Source of the DNA: Isurus oxyrinchus | Taxonomy: Eukaryota | DNA length: 64,000 nt | Assembly (NCBI GenBank): GCA_026770705.1 | Contig: JANJGN010000008.1 | Location: forward strand, 73,346,001 to 73,410,000 | Direction: 5' to 3' | Part shown: positions 26,712 to 39,706 of the stretch, one piece after another | Numbering within the stretch: position 1 is the first letter of the stretch | Layout: each line of letters opens with the position of its first letter | The notes under the pieces: model-generated | Seen by the model: the letters and a program-made list of their open reading frames with translations, nothing else | Databases searched by the model: none | What the model was told of the DNA's origin: nothing | Position numbers and translations under genes: made by a program

Positions 26712-29700
26712 ATTTTTTTTTCATTTTATTCATTCACGGGATGTAGATATTTCCCATCCCTGATTGCCCTTGAGAAGGTGGTGGTGAGCTGCCTTCGTGA
26801 ACAGTCCATATGGTGTAGGTAGACCTACAGTGCTGTTACAGAGGGAGTTCTAGGATTTTGACCGAGTGATAGTGAAGGAATGGTGATATATTTCCAAGTG
26901 GGAAAGGTGAGTTCCTTGGAGGGGAACTCACAGATGTTGGATCCATGCATCTGCTGAACTTGTCCTTCTAGGTGTTAGGGGTTGCAGGTTTGGAATGTGC
27001 TGCCAAAGAAGCCCTGATGAGTTCCTGCAGTGCATCATGTAGATGCAACACTCTGCTGCCACAATGCATCGGTGGTGGAGGGAGTGAATGTTTGAGGATG
27101 GGCTGCTAATCAAGCGGGCTGCTTTGTCCTGGATGGTGCCGATCTTCTCCAATGTTGTTGGAGCTGTACTCACCCAGACAAGTGGAGAGCGTTTCATCAC
27201 ACTCCTGACTTGTGCCCAGTAGATGGGTTCCTAACCTCTGACTTGCCCATGTAGCCACAGTATTTATATGGCTAGTTCAGTTCAGTTTCTAGTCAATGGT
27301 AACCCCAAGATTTAGATAGTGGGGGATACAGCGATGATAATGCCATTGAATGTCTTGTTGGAGATGGTCATTGCCTGGCACTTGTGTGGCATGAATGTTA
27401 CTTGCCACATCTGGGATACTGTGTGTAATTTTGTTTTCCACATTTAAGAAAAGATACACTTGCATTGTAGGCAATCTAGCGAAGGTGCACTAGATTGGCC
27501 CCTGAGATGAGACGGTTGTCCAATAATGAAAGGCTAAGTACAATGGGCTTATATTCTCTGGCATTTAGAAGAATAAGAGCCAATCTCAGTGAAACCTACA
27601 AAATTCTCTGAAGGGGCTTGATTGGGGAGACACTGAGATTGTTACTGCCAATTGGGGACTCTAAAACACAGGGGCACAGTCTCAGGGTAGTGGGCTAATC
27701 ATTTGGGTTTGAGATGAGCAGAAATGATTTCACTCAAAGGGTTGTGAATCTTTTGGGGTGGGGGGGGTGCGGTGTGGGAGGGAAAATAGAGTTGAAGCCC
27801 AGGATCTGCCATGATTGTATTGAATGGTGGAGCAGGCTCGATGGGCCATATGGTCCAATCCTGCTACTTGTGTTCTTGCCACTTATCAACCCAAGTCTAA
27901 ATATTGTCCAGGTCTTTGCTGCATATGGACATGGACTGCTTCAGTATCTGAGAAGTCATGAATGGTGCTGAAACATTGTGCAAACAGCGAAAATCACCAC
28001 TCCTGACCTTATGATGGATGGACGGTCATTGATGAAGCAGCTGAATGTGGTTGGGCCTAGGACACTACCCTGTGAATCTCCTGCAGTGATGGCCTGGGAC
28101 TGAGATGATTAGCCTCCAACAACCACAACTGTCTTCTTTTGTACTAGGTGTGATGTCAAGGCAGTCACTCTCGTCCTACTTCTTTTGTGTATGTTTGGCC
28201 CCAGGCTGCAAAGAGGTCAAGAGCTGAGCGGAACTGGCGGAACCCAAACTGAGCATCAGTAAGCAGGTTATAGTTGATTAAGTGCTGCTTGATAGCATTG
28301 TCGACAATGCCTTTCATAAGTTGGCTGATGATTGAGAGGAGACTGATGGGACGGTAATTGGCTGGTTTGGATTTGTCCTGCATTTTGTGTACAGGACATT
28401 ATTGGGCTTTTATCCACATTACCAGTGTTACAGCTGTGCTGGGGCAGCTTGGCTATGGAGCACACGTCTTCAGTGCTGTTGCTGGAATGTTGTCAGGGCC
28501 CAAAGCCTATGCAGTATCCAGTGCCTGCGGCTGTTTTTTGATATCACATGAGTGAATCAAGTTGGCTGTAGACTGGCATCTGTGATGCTGGGAATATCAG
28601 GGAGATGCCTAGATAAATCATCCACCCATCACTTCTAGCTGAAGATGGCTGCAAATGCTTCAGCCTTGTCTTTTGCATTGATGTGGTGGCCTCCCACACC
28701 ATTGAGGATGGGGATAGTGGAACCTCCTCTTCCTGTTAGTTGTTTAAGTGTCCACCACCATTCACAAACTGGATGTGACACGAGTGCAGAGCTTAGATCT
28801 GATCCATTGTTTCAGGGATCACTTAACTCTGTCTATCTCATGCTGGTTCTGCTGTTTGGCATTCATGTAGCCCTGTGTTGTAGCTTCACTAGGTTGAAAT
28901 CTCATTTTTAGGTATGCCTGGTACAGCCCCTGGCATGGCCTCCTGCACTCTTCATTAAATACTGGCTGATCTTTGGCTTGACGGTAGTGATAGAGTGGGG
29001 GATATGCTGGGCCATGAGGTTACAGATTGTCATTGGGTACAATTCTGCTGTTGCTGATGGCCCACAATGCCTCATAGATGCCCAGTTTTGAGTTGCTAGA
29101 TCTGTTTGAAATCTATCCCATTTAGCATAGTGGAAGTGGCACACAACACGATGGAGGGTATCCTCAATGTGAAGGCAGAATTTTGTCTCCTCAACAACTG
29201 TGTGGTAGTCACTCACTCCTACCGACACTGTCATGGACAGAAGCATCTGCAACAGGTAGATTGGTGGGGATGAGATCAAATCGAGTTTTCCCTTTCTTTG
29301 CTTCCATCATCACTTGCCTCAGACCTAGTTTAGCAGCTATGTAGTTTAGGACTTGGCCAGATCAGTTAGTAGTTGTACTACTGAACCACTCTTGGTGATG
29401 GACATTGAAGTGACCCAACTAGAGCCCTTGCCACCCTCAGTGCTTCTTCCAATTGGTGTTCAACATGGAGGAATACTGATTCATCAGCTGGTGTGGAGGG
29501 GCTAGGTAGGTGGTAATCAGCAGGATGTTTCTTTGCCTGTGTTTGATCTGATGCCATGAGACTGCATGGGGTCCGGAGCCAATGTTGAGGATTCTCAGGG
29601 CAACTCCCATCTGACTGTGCATCACTGTGCCACCACCCCTGATCCTGGGGGACAGGATAACCAGGGTTGGTAATGGTGTTGTCTGGACCATTGTCTGTGA

Positions 29701-29925
29701 TGTACAATTCCGTGCGTATGATTATGTCAGGTTGTTGTTTGACTAGTCTTTGGGACAGCTCTCCCAATTTTGGCACAAGCCCCCAGATATTAGTAAGAAG
29801 GACTTTGGAGGGTTGACGGGGCTATGTTTGCAGTTTTCATTTCCGGTGCCTAGGCTGATGCCTGGTGGTCTGCCCAGTTTCATTCCTTTCAGACTTTGAA
29901 GTTATTTAAAACAACTGAGTGGCTG
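26712..29925 (-). mobile_element. CR1-clade LINE family B, longest copy (AP endonuclease + RT remnants, decayed)
   Basis: KLGELSQRLVKQQPDIII.TE (APE); SDYHTV; KSKPANYRPISLLSII..LLTDAQFGFRQ (RT); family B 3' end at 26720. Confidence 0.88.
27409..27874 (+). mobile_element. CR1 family A 3' fragment inserted in LINE B
   Basis: 8-bp TSD CTTGCCAC at 27401-27408 and 27875-27882; RNDFTQRVVNL motif. Confidence 0.8.
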
Positions 29926-30370
29926 TGTCCCCAGAATAATAGTCTGGCTTCTGAATTACTGATTTAGTGATATTGCCACTATCCTATAACCTCCCCATCT
30001 ACTATGAATGTATATAATTTATGAATACATCTAGAAACCAACCATATAATAACAACTTACCAGTGTCATGAAAATCCCTCTTTATTTTCAAAAAATTGAT
30101 TTTTTTTTAACTCAACTGACTGGAAATTTTGTATTTTAAAAAATGAGACAGTAAACTGCTTTAAAGTGCATGGCCACCTTCCAACATGAATGTGAGAAAA
30201 GCAAACAAGAACACCCTCTGAAGGTAAGTGTAAAGAGAGAGACATTTCAAAGGAAACGTGAAGACATCGAAACTCAACACTAACTAAGGAAGGGATTAAA
30301 AATACAAAGTGCCAAATGTTAATCAGTAGTGAAAACAATGGGAACAACTAACCAGACAGATACACCCAAT

Positions 30371-31590
30371 ACAAAAACAGAATTACCTGGAAAAACTCAG
30401 CAGGTCTGGCAGCATCGGCGGAGAAGAAAAGAGCTGATGTTTCGAGTCCTCATGACCCTTCAACAGAACTAGGTGAATCCAAGGAGAGGGGTGAAATATA
30501 AGCTGCTTTAAGGTATGGGGGGGGGGGGCAGTTGAGGGGCGGGGGGGAGCCGTTGGGTGGGGAGAGAGAAGTGGAGGGGGGTGGTGTGGTTGTAGGGACA
30601 AGCAAGCAGTGATAGGAGCAGATCATCAAAAGATGTCACAGACAAAAGAATAAAAGAACACAGAGGTGTTGAAGTTGGTGATAGTATCTAAACGAATGTG
30701 CTAATTAAGAATGGATGGTAGGGCACTCAAGGTATAGCTCTAGTGGGGGTGGGGGGAGCATAAAAGATTTAAAAATATTTAGAAATAATGGAAATAGGTG
30801 GGAAAAGAAAAATCTATATAAATTATTGGAATAAACAAAAGGAAGGGGGAAGAAACAGAAAGGGGGTGGGGATGGAGGAGGGAGTTCAAGACCTAAAGTT
30901 GTTGAATTCAATATTCAGTCCGGAAGGCTGTAAAGTGCCTAGTCGGTAGATGAGGTGTTGTTCCTCCAGTTTGCGTTGGGCTTCACTGGAACAATGCAGC
31001 AAGCCAAGGACAGACATGTGGGCAAGAGAGCAGGGTGGAGTGTTAAAACGGCAAGCGACAGGGAGGTTTGGGTCGTTCTTGCGGACAGACCGCAGGAGTT
31101 CTGCAAAGCGGTTGCCCAGTTTACGTTTGGTCTCTCCAATGTAGAGGAGACCGCATTGGGAGCAATGAATACAGTAGACTAAGTTGGGGGAAATGCAAGT
31201 GAAATGCTGCTTCACTTGAAAGGAGTGTTTGGGCCCTTGGACGGTGAGGAGAGAGGAAGTGAAGGGGCAGGTGTTGCATATCTTGTGTTCGCATGGGGAG
31301 GTGCTGTAGGAGGGGGTTGAGGAGTAGGGGGTGATGGAGAAGTGGACCAGGGTGTCACGGAGGGAATGATCCCTACGGAATGCCATCGGGGGGGGTGAAG
31401 GGAAGATGTGTTTGGTGGTGGCATCATGCTGGCGTTGGCGGAAATGGCGGAGGATGATCCTTTGAATGCAGAGGTTGGTAGGGTGATAAGTGAGGAAAAG
31501 GAGGACCCTATCATGTTTCTGGGAGGGAGGAGAAGGTGTGAGGGCGGATGCGTGGGAGATGGGCCGGACATAGTTGAGGGCCCTGTCAAC
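30371..31590 (-). mobile_element. 5'-truncated Penelope-like element (linker + GIY-YIG + pLTR)
   Basis: ORF 30886-31629 contains C..CNTCP, NLVYCIHCSQCGLLYIGETKR..NRF.E and GLN motifs; pLTR near-identical to the other copies; hammerhead motif at 30432-30470. No TSD seen. Confidence 0.92.
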
Positions 31591-31599
31591 TACCCCTCT

Positions 31600-32457
31600 A
31601 ACCCCTTGTGGAGGACAGAATAACCCCATCTTCTGTTAGATTTTCCTATCCTAAAATGTGTCAAACGTTTCTGAGATGAAAGATCAAAAGGCGCTTACTT
31701 GTTCTAAAACAATGATTGTAAGACATGTTGATAGAATTCCTTTTTGGGAATATACAGAGAGCAGGTTTTAAGAACTGGTTTTGCGAAGCTGGACACAAAC
31801 AGAAGGCATCTAGAAAAACTGCTGAAGGAAGCAGTAAGGAATCTTTCTCTCTGTCTCTGCAACTTTTAGACTCCATCTCTCTCTCTATCTCTCTCTTAAG
31901 TTAAGAAAAACACTTTTTCTACAGTATAAGAATCCAACCCAAGAGATAGTGACTGTCCATTGGAAAGAACCTCAGAAGAAACCTACCAATTTCTGGTCTG
32001 CCTATCATGAAATTAAAATGAAGGAAATTGTCTCCAGCAAAGTGCAGTTACCTGGATTTCAATTCAACTCTGGGGTTTTAAAAGGAGCCAGCTAACTTCA
32101 AATGGCCACAACATTCAACAATCTGTGCTTCAAGGACAATTTAAGAACTTAACTGTGTATTCTTTTAACTTTTATTTGAACTCTAACCCATCTTACTTCT
32201 GATATCTGTATGTGTGTGTGTGTGTGTATGTGTGTGTGGTTGCATTTTTTAAAATTATTTTTCCTTGGGTTTAGTGGCCAATAAGCTTTCAATTTCTTTG
32301 CTGTAAGAAAACCTGGTTTGATTGGCTCCTTATTAAACAGTAAATAGGTTTTGATTGAAAAAGACACCCACAGGGAACAGAAATTTTAAAATCTTTGTTT
32401 CGGCCAAGGAGGCTAAATAAAGGGGAGCCAGTTCGTCCTCCTCACCCAGTTGTAACA
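31600..32457 (+). mobile_element. Solo-LTR family copy, 5' truncated
   Basis: 3' end GGGGAGCCAGTTCGTCCTCCTCACCCAGTTGTAACA; TG-repeat tract and AATAA as in the other copies. Confidence 0.6.
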
Positions 32458-32459
32458 CC

Positions 32460-33750
32460 ATCATGACTTCAAAAAGAGAAAGGTTTGGTTGACCAACCTC
32501 AGTGAATTTTTTGAGGAGGTAACAGAGAGGGTAGACAATGGTAATGTAGTAAATGTAATTTATCTAGAATTTCAAATGCCTTCGATAAGGTACTGTAATA
32601 GATTAAAGAATAAAGTCAGAGAACGTGGAGTCAGACGACAAGTAGCAAGATCGATAACTAGCTGGCTTCAAGACAGTTAGCTGAGTGTAGACCTAAAGGA
32701 CAGCTTTTCTGAGTGGTAGAGATGATATTTTATATGAATCCATGCTGGGACATTGCTGTCCATAATTTGTATTAATGATTTAGACTTTGGAATCAAAAAA
32801 ACACAATTTATAATTTTGTAAACGAGAGCAAATTGAGTGTGTGGGGTGAGTGGGGGAGCGGAGGCAGGGATAATCAAGATTGAGGAGTATTGCAGCAAAT
32901 TATAAGAACATTTTAGCTAACTTATGGAATGAGCATATAACTGGCCAATGAATTTCAACACATGTAAAGGTAAGGAATTATGTTTTGGAAATAAAAATAA
33001 AGCGATTGCATATTATTCCGAAAATAAGAATCTAAATGGGATAGAGGAGCAAATGGACCTGGGAGTACAAACACACAAATCACTAAAAGCAATGACAGAG
33101 GTTAACAAGGCTGTAATTAAAAACCAAACCAAACACCAGGGTTACGCCTGGAATGATAAAATTGAAAAGTAAAGACGTTATGCTAAACTTGTATCAAACT
33201 TCATTCAGACCACAACCTGGAGTATTGCTTATGATTCTGGTTGCCATATTATAAAAAAGATATAGAGCCACAGGACAGGGTGCAAAAGAAATATTTACAA
33301 GGATGATCCCAAAAATGCAGAGGTATGCAGATATGGAGAGAATGAGCAGACTGGATCTATTTTCTCTTGGAAAAAGAAGGCTGAGGGATGACCTAATGAA
33401 GCTCTTTAAAATTAGGAAAAGTATTGATAGTAGACACAGAGAGAATGTTTCCACTTTTGGGGAAGAGCAAAACGAAAGACCATCAATATCATATAGTCAC
33501 TAGCTATTCAAGTAGGAATTCAGAAGCAACTTTTAACCAAAAGAGTGTTGAGAATGTGGAACTCGCTGCCACAGGGAGTAGTTGAAGTGAACAGAATCAA
33601 TGCAGTTCAGGGAAAGCTGAATAAGCATACGAGGGAGAAGGGATTAATTTGTTATGCTGATAGAGTTAGATGGGAAAAGGCAGGAGGAAGCTAGAATTCA
33701 GAATAATGCCAGCATGGACTGGGTGGGCAGAACGACCTGTCTACGTGTTA
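32460..33750 (+). mobile_element. CR1 family A RT + 3'UTR, decayed
   Basis: LTNLSEFFEEVTERVDNGNVVNVIYL.FQ; QMNFN..K; LDLFSLGKRRLRDDL..FK. Confidence 0.85.
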
Positions 33751-34984
33751 TATCTCCAATAAATATTGCACAGTGAGATTTAAATCCTTTCACGTTTCCC
33801 TCAAGCTCTCTCCTAAGTTCTGTTACTTTCATTCTATTTTAAAACTTTAATTTGAACTTTTGCCCTCACTGGTCCACTCTGACCAATTTTCTTTTGAATG
33901 CTATCTCTGACGCTAAACAATTGACCCCAAAGCATGAAGCAGAAATATGAAATGTTAACTCCCTTGTTGTGTGTTCAAGTGTCAACAGTTGACACAGTGG
34001 AGCCATACATGGTACAAAGTGTAAAGAGGACTCCCTTGTTTTATTAACACTCTTTCCTGTGTGTTGAAGCCACGAATCCGAGAAGCAGACCAATATTTAC
34101 AATATTCCTTTCCAGAGAATATATTAATCCATTACTGAGGCTCCCAAAAATGAGAGAATACACCATAAAAACATCCATTAAAATCACAAGCAGTTTTCAC
34201 AAAGTGCTACTCCCAATAGTCTGTAATAAACACAGCTTTCAGCCTTTCATGACCCCAAAACTTGTGATGTGTCATTTTATAATGGAGTGCCCTTGAGGTG
34301 ATGGGTGAACTGCAGCGGTGGAACCTTGACATCTTTAATGGAGTGGAATGTTTACCATTAGGTACTGACATACAGCATAAGTAGAAGCGTTAGCCATAAC
34401 TACCCTCAGAAAAGCAGTGATGAATCAACATTTTAGGAATCCACTCAAGACCAGCAACTCGATGAAAATCATCTACTACTTGCAATTAGTTCATCTACCT
34501 AACTGAAGTGCCTTCTCAGACCACTGTACTATGTATGGACAATATGTCAGAGAAAGCAGTAAAAGTTGGTTGAAAAAAATAATGGCCGGATCTTCCGAGC
34601 AGCGGCAACGATCGTTAGGTTGTTGCTTCACTTAAAGATCCCCCTGAGTCGACGCTGCTACGCATTTCTTCCGGGACTTTCCAAACCCAGCTTTCCCAGA
34701 AATGTGCAGCGCAGCGTCCATCGGGGAACTCAGTCAAAGCACAGCTGTGGGAAGGCAAAACACGCCGTCTTTTTATGCTGCTGTATAATATGTTCAAAAG
34801 TCCAGTCTGAATGTTAGTGAATGGATAGTGAGTGGATGATGGATAAATGCTTCAGTGAGTGAATGGGTAAGGTTTGATGGTAAGTGAGTTGGAGGGTAGT
34901 CAGGTGATTGGGAGGGCTAGTCAGGTCTGGTTGGGATGGTTGTCAGGTCGGGCCGGGGGTTGGACAGATGGTTGGGCTGGTGCA

Positions 34985-35970
34985 GGCGATATATTTCCAA
35001 GTTAGAATGGTGAGTGACTTGGACGGGAACTTCCAGGTGGTGGTGTTCCCATGCATCTGCTGCCCTTGTCCTTCTAAATGGTAGCAATCATGGGTTTGGA
35101 AGGTGCTGCAGAGGGAGCCTTGGTGAGTTTCTGCAGTGCATCTTGTAGATGTTACACATTGCTGCCACTGTTCATCAGTGGTGGAGGGAGTAAACGTTTG
35201 TGGATGGGCTGATTTGTCCTGGATGGTGTCAAGCTTCTTGAGTGTTGTTGGAGCTGCACTCATCCAGGCAAGTGCAGAGTATTCCATCACACTCCTGACC
35301 TGTGCCTGGTAGATGGTGGACAGGCTTTGGGGAATCAGGAGATGAACTAATCACCTCAGGATTCCTATCCTCTTACCTGATGTTTTAGCCACAGTATTTA
35401 TATGGCTAGTCCATTTCAGCTTCTGGTCAATGGTAACCCCCAGAATGTTAATAGTGGGGGATTCAGCAATGGTAATGCCATTGAATTTCATGTGGCGACG
35501 GTTATATTCCTTCTTGTTGGTGATGGTCATTGTCTGCCACTTGTGTGGCGTGAATGTTAATTGCCACTTGTCAGTCCAAGCCTGGATATTGTCCAGGTCT
35601 TGTTGCATTTGGACATGGACTGCTTCAGTATCTGAGGAGTCTTGAATATGGTTGAACATTGTGCAATCATCAGCGAACATCTGACTTCTGATCTTATGAT
35701 GGAAGGAAGGTCACTGATGAAGCAGCTGAAGATGGTTGGGCCGAGGACTCTACCCTGAGGAACTCCTGCAGTGATGTCCTCTAACTGAGATGACTGACCT
35801 CCAACAACCATGACCATCATCCTTTTGTGCTAGGTATGATTCCAACTGGTGGAGAACTTTTCCCCCTGATTCCCATTGACTCCAGTTTTGCAAGGGCTCC
35901 TTAATGCCTCACTCTGTCAAATGCTGACTTGATGTCAAGGGCAGTCACTCTCACCTCACCTCTGGAGTTC
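34985..35970 (-). mobile_element. CR1-clade LINE family B RT fragment
   Basis: AGVPQGRVLGPTIFSCFISDLP; MFADDCT; MEYSALAWMSAAPTT. Confidence 0.88.
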
Positions 35971-36699
35971 AGGTGTTAGGCAAGTTTTAATCTCTCTTAA
36001 TATTTCCTGGATAACTACACAGGTAAATCTCACAGATCTGCCTGAAGTCTCTGACTCTAACTCAGCCCAGAGACATTCGATGAGGGCCCTGGAGAGTCGG
36101 GGAAATTGCCCATTGGAAGGACAGTATTTTCTGATCCCATCAACAGTGGGCTTCATGGTGGGTGGGATGGGAAATGTGGAGGATGGCCAAAAGTCAGTTT
36201 CCTGCCAGTGTAAAAATAGTTTGCAATTTTCTGTCCCCGATTTTCATGGCAGATTGGATAGCATGTCCAACCATGTTGCAACTGCATTTGCATTGATTTG
36301 AATATCATGAACACTAATGAAAAGCGCAGCTCACCAGAATCACGCCTCAGCTCGAGATCACAGGGCCACACTGGCAGCTAATTCGACCAGCCTCTTTCAC
36401 AAGTGGATATAAGTGATCTGCACCTGGCAAGCACCACTTCACTCATATCCTCCAGCTACATCCATCTACCTTTCATTGCGCTTCACTTATGCTCGCTCCA
36501 ACTCCACGCACGGCTGCACAGACAAGACAAGTGGGAACTCAAGGCGGCGGGGGGTGGTAGGGTCAGAGCTAATGTTTACCATGTGAGACCAATGGGAAGG
36601 TGGGGGGTGCAGGGTTGAAGGGGCTGGAGGGCAAAGTCTTGAATGGGAGAAGGGGGATGAGACAAAACTGAGGCAAAGGAAGATGCTAGAGGGCAAAGG

Positions 36700-36850
36700 C
36701 TTGACTGGAGGGGGCAATGATGGGGAAAAAGCACACAGACACATGACTGGGGGGAGACTGAGGAATAGAGTGCACAGGCACATGACTGGGGAAGAGAGTA
36801 CACAGGCACATGACTGGGGAAGAGAGGGCATAGAAACATGACTGGAGGTT
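36700..36850. repeat. Imperfect ~30-bp minisatellite
   Basis: Four to five units of (GCACAGGC)ACATGACTGGGG(AAGAGAG). Confidence 0.7.
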
Positions 36851-38279
36851 GCAGGGCAGGGGTTGGAATTAGCTTGAGCCAGAAAGCAATCACAATCCTG
36901 GGTAATGGAGTCATGGGTAGTCGGGGCCACAAAGCATAGTCAGCCCTATGGATCTGCTTTACAATTTAGAGGGCTGTGCCTGGCACGCCTATTCTGGAAT
37001 CAATCCAGGGAGGGGGAAGGCCTGTCAGTCCTGTGTCAGTTGTGCACAGAGCATGGTCAGTCCCTCACATATGTCAGTCCTGGGGGTGGTGGCTTATTAC
37101 TGGGCCACAGATGGTAAAGTCACAGTCAGGGGAGGCATCTGCAGCCTGTAGGTGAGGAACAGGTAATGTAGGGATGAGCGCTCCAATGGAGTCATGGGGC
37201 GGGAAGGGGTCTCTAGAAGCCACAGTACAATGGGCCTCAAGATGGGGAGGGGTCAGGCCTACATGGAGCAGCGGGACATCAACATCAAATGGTTGAGGGG
37301 GGAGGACAGGGATATCAATGACTATAATAATGGAATCAAGGATTAGGGTGCAGGGGGGTGAAGGAGAGTGGTTGGAGGGGGGGAAACCTGAACATGATGA
37401 TCCTTCAGCATGATGGGAGGGATCTTGACGGTCATGGGGTGCTGGGTGGGTGCTCGAAGCTGGTCTGGTAGTAAAATCTCAGCACTACCATTATTCAAGC
37501 TGATCCAATGACACAGTGCAAAAAGAAGCTATGAAGCCGGAGGATGAAGATGAAGCTCTGAGGGCCTGTGGGTGGAGTCGACTACTACACTTGTGGGCTG
37601 AGTGAAGGGCACCCTACTAATTTACGCTTAACCAAAAGGTGAAGGAGGCGCAACTGAGACATGTAAGGAACAGTTAAATGATAATTTAGGGGATGTGGTG
37701 TCCTAAATCAGGTTGCGCATTCTTGCGAGAGAATAAACCTGATTGGGGCCATTGTAGGATTGGCTTCCAAAGATCCTTTGTCCCTCTCATGGGAATCCTG
37801 AGTGTCAGAAGGAACCAACTGAAAAAGGGCCATGGGCCAAAATGCATATGCCTAATGGCCTGAAGACCTCTAAACCTTGCAGCTGGCAGTATAAGATTTT
37901 GAAAGCTCCCTCCCTCACAATACTCTCATAACATGAGTGCAGGTTGAGGCTGTTGTATAATCCTAAGGATACAGTCTGACAATGCCCTGATTGATGATTC
38001 TCTTGCCTGGCCAAACTCAGTCAGATCCAAGCCCCTGTGTCAAAGCTCTGTCATGCCTATGTCATTTGGGGGTGGGGGGTCACGTTGGGAGGTGGGGTGG
38101 GTGACGCGTACCCGACGGGTGTTCCAGAAGGCAGTAATAGCGCTCCAGGGGCTAAGTGGGTTGTAATGGCTGGGTTGAAAGATACCCATGGGCTCCATAT
38201 TGACTCCATGATTAGCGACTGGAAGGTGACCATTGCAGGCTTATGTTCATGGATTTTCTGTTCAAGGTTTCTGCAGACA

Positions 38280-39706
38280 TGAGTTCACGTGCCTCAGAGA
38301 TGGAACAGGTAACATTGTGCCCATCCTGGCAATCAGGAAATTAAGAATGAGGAGAAGGGCCCGTCACTGCCAGACTGGGCAAAGGGAAGAGACTCACCCT
38401 GATGAACAAGGGCCTGTGGAGTCCTCTCAAGAACCAGAAACTGAGGCTGGCAGAGCCATTGAGTGGAGGCATCTGGCAAGACCAAAGGTGTGGAGAAGAC
38501 ACCTTTCATAGCTCCAGGTGAGTGAGAGACAATGCCATAGACACATTCGCATGTCTATGGATGTGCTAGCTCACATCTGCCACATTCTCTGGGAGGAGTT
38601 GATGTCACAGGGACTCGGAGGTCATTCATTGCGAATGGCTCTAAAAGTGACCACTGCTATGAACTTCTTTGCTATGAAGTTCTTTGAACTTTTGGCTCTT
38701 TCCAGGGCTCCACTGGGGATTCTGCGGGATTTCTCAAGCAACTGCTCACGATTGCGTTTGAGAGGTGACAGATGGCCTATTTAGCAAGGCACACAATTAA
38801 GTTCAGTTCTACTTGAATGAAGTCAGCCAGGCTGTCAGGGCAGTGGGATTTGCAGCTATCTGCGGAGTCCCACAGATGCAGAGTGTCATGAGCTGCTTGA
38901 GCTCCCTGGGAATAGCCAGTAAAATTCATCAACAGGGAAGGCTTCCACTCACTCAATGTGCAGCTGGCCCACAACTATCAGAAGATAATGCAGGTATGTG
39001 TGAGATACCCTGAAAGCTCCCATAACTCATACATCCAGAGTCATTCACAAGTGCCACAGATCTTTGAGGGCCCTCAGCACTTCCAAGCCCCTGTGTCAAA
39101 GCCCTGTCATGCCTGTGTCATTTGGGAGTGGGGTTTGGCGTTTGCTGGTGAGGGGGGTGGGTACAGTGCATGACCTACCGGTGATCCAGAAGGCTGTAAT
39201 AGTACTCCAATGGATTAAGTGGGTTGTAATGGTTGGGATGAAAGTGATTCATGGGCTCCACAGTGACTCCCTAGTTAGCGACTGGAAGGGTTGGCTCCTG
39301 GGTGATGAAAGCCACCTGCAGAAGATGTGGTTGATGATGCCTGTTCAGCAGCCACATAGTGCCTCAGAGGAGAGGTATAACGCTCTGCAACATGCTCATT
39401 GATTGAGCAGACCACTGACAACTTGAAGATGCTTTTTTGATGTCTGGACAGATCAGATGGCGCACTCCAGTACTCTCCCCAGAGGGTCTGACGCATTTTC
39501 GTGGCTTGCTGTGTTCTACACAACCTGGCACTCCAAAAGGGGAATGTCTTGCCAGAATGAGAGATGGAGGACTGCACATCTCCTTCAGTGATGAGGGAGA
39601 GGTAGTTGTGGCTCCAGTTGAAGACCTCAGAGCACGGGCCAGATGAGGAAGGTGTATATGTGACATGCTTATAGCCACCAGGTTCCAGGAGGATGAAGAT
39701 GAATAG
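38280..39706 (+). pseudogene. Harbinger DDE transposase pseudogene
   Basis: MSERQCHRHIRMS..GGHSLRMALKVTTAMNFFA; VCVRYPESSHNSYI; GWLLGDES...EERYN; multiple stops and frameshifts plus a 202-bp insertion. Confidence 0.85.

Noticed and set aside
36700-36850. CRISPR-like array
   Set aside because: Units are adjacent and degenerate with no unique spacers; eukaryotic context and no cas genes.
39087-39288. GC-AG spliceosomal intron in the transposase
   Set aside because: The donor (GCCCCT) and acceptor (no pyrimidine tract) do not fit consensus, and the sequence is duplicated upstream.
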